Assembly (NCBI GenBank): GCA_029248885.1
Contig: JAQWIL010000030.1
Location: 1,431 to 65,430 of the forward strand
Source of the DNA: Flavobacteriaceae bacterium
GTDB lineage: Bacteria; Bacteroidota; Bacteroidia; Flavobacteriales; Flavobacteriaceae
Length of the DNA stretch: 64,000 nucleotides
Reading direction: 5' to 3'
Position numbers and translations under genes: made by a program
Shown: positions 60,821-64,000 of the stretch, in pieces
How the letters are laid out: each line of letters starts with the position of its first letter
Position numbering within the stretch: the first letter of the stretch is position 1
The notes under the pieces: model-generated
Seen by the model: the letters and a program-made list of their open reading frames with translations, nothing else
What the model was told of the DNA's origin: nothing
Database searches by the model: none

Positions 60821-61663
60821 TTAAATAAATTCATTCCATAGGTGTTTCGACTGTAAGCGCACCCCTTTCTCTGTTTGATGAACCCGCACCAAAGGGGTGT
60901 TTGGGTCATGTTCTAAAAAAAGTAAATAGTTGTTTTCAGCTGCAAGATCTAAAAAAGCAGACTTTTCGACAAGCGTTTGTAGCGGACGCACATCATACCC
61001 CATGACATAGGGTAGGGGAATATGACCAGCAGTAGGGATAAGATCTCCCATAAAGACAAGCTTTTCCCCTTTCCAATCTACCACTGGCAGCATTTGCTTT
61101 TCCGTATGCCCATCCACAAAAAGAAGGTCTAAACCCAAAGGGTTGTCTTTACCTTTTTCGATAAAACGCAAACGGCCCGACTCTTGAATCGGGTTTAGGT
61201 TATCCTTCAAAAAGGAAGCTTTCTCACGAGGATTTGGTTGGGTGGCCCATTGCCAATGAGACTCATTTGACCAGTAATCCGCATTTGGAAACACAGGAAC
61301 AAAAGAAGTACGATCAGCATTCCACCTAAAACACCCCCCACAATGATCGAAATGTAAATGGGTTAGCAAGACATCCGTAACATCATTAGGATGAAAACCA
61401 GCGCTTATGACAGAATCGGCAAGGTTATCATTTCCCCAAGGTTTGTAGTAACTAAAAAAGCGTTTGCTTTGTTTGTCGCCCATTCCCGTGTCGACCAGAA
61501 TCAATCGATCGCCAGACTCAATCAACAAACACCTCGCACATAAATCGATCAGATTGTTTTCGTCAGCAGGATTGGTGCGTTGCCAGATTGACTTCGGTAC
61601 AACACCAAACATCGCTCCACCGTCAAGTTTGAAATGACCCGCAACGATTGGGAATAGGTTCAT
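60821..61663 (-). CDS. MBL-fold metallo-hydrolase
   Basis: LTHLHFDHCGG (HxHxDH) plus downstream His/Asp ligands (FVDGHTE, MGDL). Confidence 0.8.
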   Translation of the reverse strand: MNLFPIVAGHFKLDGGAMFGVVPKSIWQRTNPADENNLIDLCARCLLIESGDRLILVDTGMGDKQSKRFFSYYKPWGNDNLADSVISAGFHPNDVTDVLLTHLHFDHCGGCFRWNADRTSFVPVFPNADYWSNESHWQWATQPNPREKASFLKDNLNPIQESGRLRFIEKGKDNPLGLDLLFVDGHTEKQMLPVVDWKGEKLVFMGDLIPTAGHIPLPYVMGYDVRPLQTLVEKSAFLDLAAENNYLLFLEHDPNTPLVRVHQTEKGVRLQSKHLWNEFI

Positions 61664-61664
61664 G

Positions 61665-63854
61665 CTAATCTCTTATGGTTAATCGCAAAACTGAACAAAC
61701 AGAGTTTTTGACAAATCGATCCGATTTTAGACCGAGTAATACATTGTACCAAGCACTTTTTTCCTGCGATCCAATAATGAGCAAATCATAACTGGCAGAC
61801 ACCTCGGAAATCACGCCAATCACATCGTTACTTTTTACAACCAAGCTATTTTCTTCACGAGACAGACCTTTTAACAAGCTGTTATTGTTGTTATGAAGTT
61901 TTGTTTCCACGCTTTTCTTCGCGTCTTTTCCAATTACATTTAAGAGCGTCAAGTTCGCACCGTAATATTTGCAAATGTTATCAGCTACTTTGATAAATCT
62001 ATTTCCTTCTCGCCCTGGCCGAACAGCCAACACAACTTTTGAGATATTTCTTACCCCATTGTCTTTAAACAACGCGAGGTTGGCATTGATGTTTTTGATG
62101 ACCCACCCAACCGGGTTTCGAACTAAAATGCCGGTGTTTTCACGACCACCCCAACCCATCACCAACCATTCACACTTCTGCACTGAAGTAATGTTTTTGA
62201 TGGTATTGACCACATCATGTGTGGGCAGACTCTCAAAAGTAACTTTGGTGTTTTTGGACTCGCGAAGAGATAAAATACGCCTTTTCACGGATTCATCTTT
62301 GGGGCTAACCAGATTCACATCTTCCAAAAAGGTTTGGTCGGGCGCTTCTATTATGTTGATTGCATTCACACTGTCTTTAGGGTTGATTGAAGAAGCCACT
62401 TCAACGATCATTTCTGGTGATGTTTCGTCACCAAGTAGGGGAACAACGATTTGAGAATCGGAGCTATAAATCCCTTCAATAACCTCATCCTGATCGAGCT
62501 CTGTTTCGGAAGCCCCAGCGCGTCTTCCGCGGAAAAGAAAGGAGAAAACACCATAGTTTGACAATAAACCACTTCGGTTGGTTTTTCGTCCATAGGCCAA
62601 GAACACCAAAAAACCAATGATAAAAACGGCCAACACAGATAACAACGCTTGAAGACCGAGAAAAGTCAACAAAAACAAACCGCTTAAAATCCCAAAGATT
62701 TGCACAAATGGATAAAGTGGCGATTTGTATTTAGGCCGATACCATTGGGCGTTGGTTTCTCTAAACACAATCACCGAAAGGTTGACTAAAATAAACATCA
62801 GCACCTTAAAAGCGCTGGCGAGCTTTGCGATTTTCACGACATCCAAAAAGATGACAGCCAAAGCAATTGCAAAAGCAGTGACGATGATCGAAAAAACAGG
62901 GGTCAAATATTGTTTGCTGATTGAAGCAAACACCTTAGGCAAAGCGCCGTCGCGCGCCATGGCAAAAGGAAAGCGTGAAGAGGCAAGTAAGCCAGAGTTT
63001 GCCATGGAGAGCAGTGTCATTACCCCCACAACACCAGCGATATATCCCGCAATAGGGCCACCCATTTCGGAGGCGGCAGTATAGATCGGTCGTATGTCGG
63101 TAGACAGGGCACCACCATCGATAAAACGCACAAGCACCATCGATACACAAACATAGACGGCCATAATAAGCAGTAATGAAATAATCATGGTTCGGGGAAG
63201 GTTTTTTTCGGGCTCAGAAATCTCACCTGCAATGGCAGCGATTTTGGTTACTCCCGCATAGGAGATATATAAAAAGGCAACCCCACCAAAAAAACCAAGG
63301 GTGCCATCAGATAAAAATTCTGTTGGTGAAACAGCACTTACACTGTTAACCCCAAGCGCAATCAACACAACCAAAGAGGTTACGCTAACTCCAACAATAG
63401 CGAGTTGGGCGCTTCCTACCTTTTTAACCCCAAAGAGATTGAGCACCAAAACCAGAAGAAGGGAGACAATCGCCACGATGGTGGTATAGAATGAATCCAA
63501 TTCGACTAAGACGTGCAAATACGCACTTAACCCAACTAAAGAAAAAGCACTTTTGAGTAATAACGACAACCACAACCCAATTCCCGAAACGACCCCAAAA
63601 AGAGGGCCAAACGCCCTATCGATATAGACATAGGTCCCTCCTGATTTAGGCATAGCGGTTGCCAATTCGGCTTTGGACAACACGGCAGGGATAATACAAA
63701 TTCCAGCGACCAAAAACGCCAAAGAAACAGAGGGCCCGGTGATGCCAAAGGCCACACCTGGCAACACAAAAATCCCACTGAGCATACCGCCGATGCTGAT
63801 CGCAATGGCGGAAGGCAAACTCAATGTCCGAACAAGAGTTGTCTTACTTTTCAT
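61665..63854 (-). CDS. APC-superfamily amino-acid permease with a long cytoplasmic C-terminal extension (USP-like tandem domains)
   Basis: The N-terminal 440 aa or so has about 12 TM helices. The C-terminal 290 aa or so is soluble with two alpha/beta halves ending in patterns such as WLVMGWGG and DLLIIGSQ. Confidence 0.7.
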   Translation of the reverse strand: MKSKTTLVRTLSLPSAIAISIGGMLSGIFVLPGVAFGITGPSVSLAFLVAGICIIPAVLSKAELATAMPKSGGTYVYIDRAFGPLFGVVSGIGLWLSLLLKSAFSLVGLSAYLHVLVELDSFYTTIVAIVSLLLVLVLNLFGVKKVGSAQLAIVGVSVTSLVVLIALGVNSVSAVSPTEFLSDGTLGFFGGVAFLYISYAGVTKIAAIAGEISEPEKNLPRTMIISLLLIMAVYVCVSMVLVRFIDGGALSTDIRPIYTAASEMGGPIAGYIAGVVGVMTLLSMANSGLLASSRFPFAMARDGALPKVFASISKQYLTPVFSIIVTAFAIALAVIFLDVVKIAKLASAFKVLMFILVNLSVIVFRETNAQWYRPKYKSPLYPFVQIFGILSGLFLLTFLGLQALLSVLAVFIIGFLVFLAYGRKTNRSGLLSNYGVFSFLFRGRRAGASETELDQDEVIEGIYSSDSQIVVPLLGDETSPEMIVEVASSINPKDSVNAINIIEAPDQTFLEDVNLVSPKDESVKRRILSLRESKNTKVTFESLPTHDVVNTIKNITSVQKCEWLVMGWGGRENTGILVRNPVGWVIKNINANLALFKDNGVRNISKVVLAVRPGREGNRFIKVADNICKYYGANLTLLNVIGKDAKKSVETKLHNNNNSLLKGLSREENSLVVKSNDVIGVISEVSASYDLLIIGSQEKSAWYNVLLGLKSDRFVKNSVCSVLRLTIRD

Positions 63855-63915
63855 TTCATTTGAAAAGTACTAAATAAATTTACGAAACAAAAGGGGTTGG
63901 GAAAATAAAGACTAA

Positions 63916-64000
63916 TCGTTCAACTGCAAGACCGCCATAAAGGCCTGTTGTGGGATTTCGACATTACCAACTTGGCGCATTTTCTTTTTTCCTTTTTTCT
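63916..64000 (-). CDS. 3' end of an unidentified CDS that enters from the right edge
   Basis: My translation of the minus strand gives ...KKMRQVGNVEIPQQAFMAVLQLND followed by TAG at 63916-63918. Too short to assign. Confidence 0.25.

Noticed and set aside
1-64000. CRISPR arrays, rRNA genes, prophage, toxin-antitoxin or recognisable defence-system genes.
   Set aside because: I found no regularly spaced direct repeats and no ORFs with nuclease, methylase, helicase or Cas-like motifs. The window is almost fully occupied by the genes listed.

Overview
This 64 kb window looks like a chromosomal segment from a Flavobacteriia-type Bacteroidota genome. The supporting signs are exact TAnnTTTG (-7 box) motifs in front of many genes, an SprE/PorW-like lipoprotein, a GH3-family gene, and DUF3575-, DUF4254- and DUF5687-like proteins. 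All family calls come from reading motifs in the supplied translations and from memory. No database search was run.

I call 62 protein genes (two cut by the window edges) and one tRNA-Cys(GCA). I saw no rRNA, CRISPR array, transposase, integrase or phage genes. The ORF track uses TTG/GTG starts and often over-extends N-termini, so I re-set several starts to the first sensible ATG.

Gene content by region:
- 1-9.9 kb: sprE-like gene, bactofilin, atpZ-like gene, an ABC transporter pair, a PaaE-like reductase, a GT9/DUF4254 pair and purD.
- 9.9-42.2 kb: a composite surface-polysaccharide region.
  - A small phosphoglycosyl transferase sits divergent from rfbBACD (dTDP-L-rhamnose).
  - A visibly AT-richer cassette (about 13.8-27.9 kb) carries Wzy_C-like proteins, Wzx, one GT2, two unassigned enzymes, a UDP-xylose synthase and a complete pseudaminic acid operon (pseB-C-F-G-[formyltransferase]-I). 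In that operon an Fmt/ArnA-type formyltransferase sits where PseH normally is.
  - Next come a small cytidylyltransferase, glmS, a eukaryote-type UDP-glucose dehydrogenase, a DUF3575-like barrel and a Kelch-like/TM/winged-helix protein at the head of this 17-gene same-strand block.
  - Last are a WecA-like transferase and a tightly coupled M23 peptidase - GH3 - unknown 549-aa protein - Wza - Wzz block.
- 42.2-64 kb: housekeeping genes (tatA, pgk, holB, mnmG, ybeY, gltX, glnS, folB, rnr, rpiB, rnpA, an M1 peptidase and an APC permease with a USP-like tail).

The leads I rate highest:
- the formyltransferase-containing pseudaminic acid pathway;
- the orphan 516-aa and alkaline-phosphatase-like enzymes in the cassette;
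- the membrane-anchored Kelch/wHTH candidate regulator;
- the GH3/unknown-protein/Wza/Wzz block;
- a perfect 14-bp palindrome that brackets mnmG.
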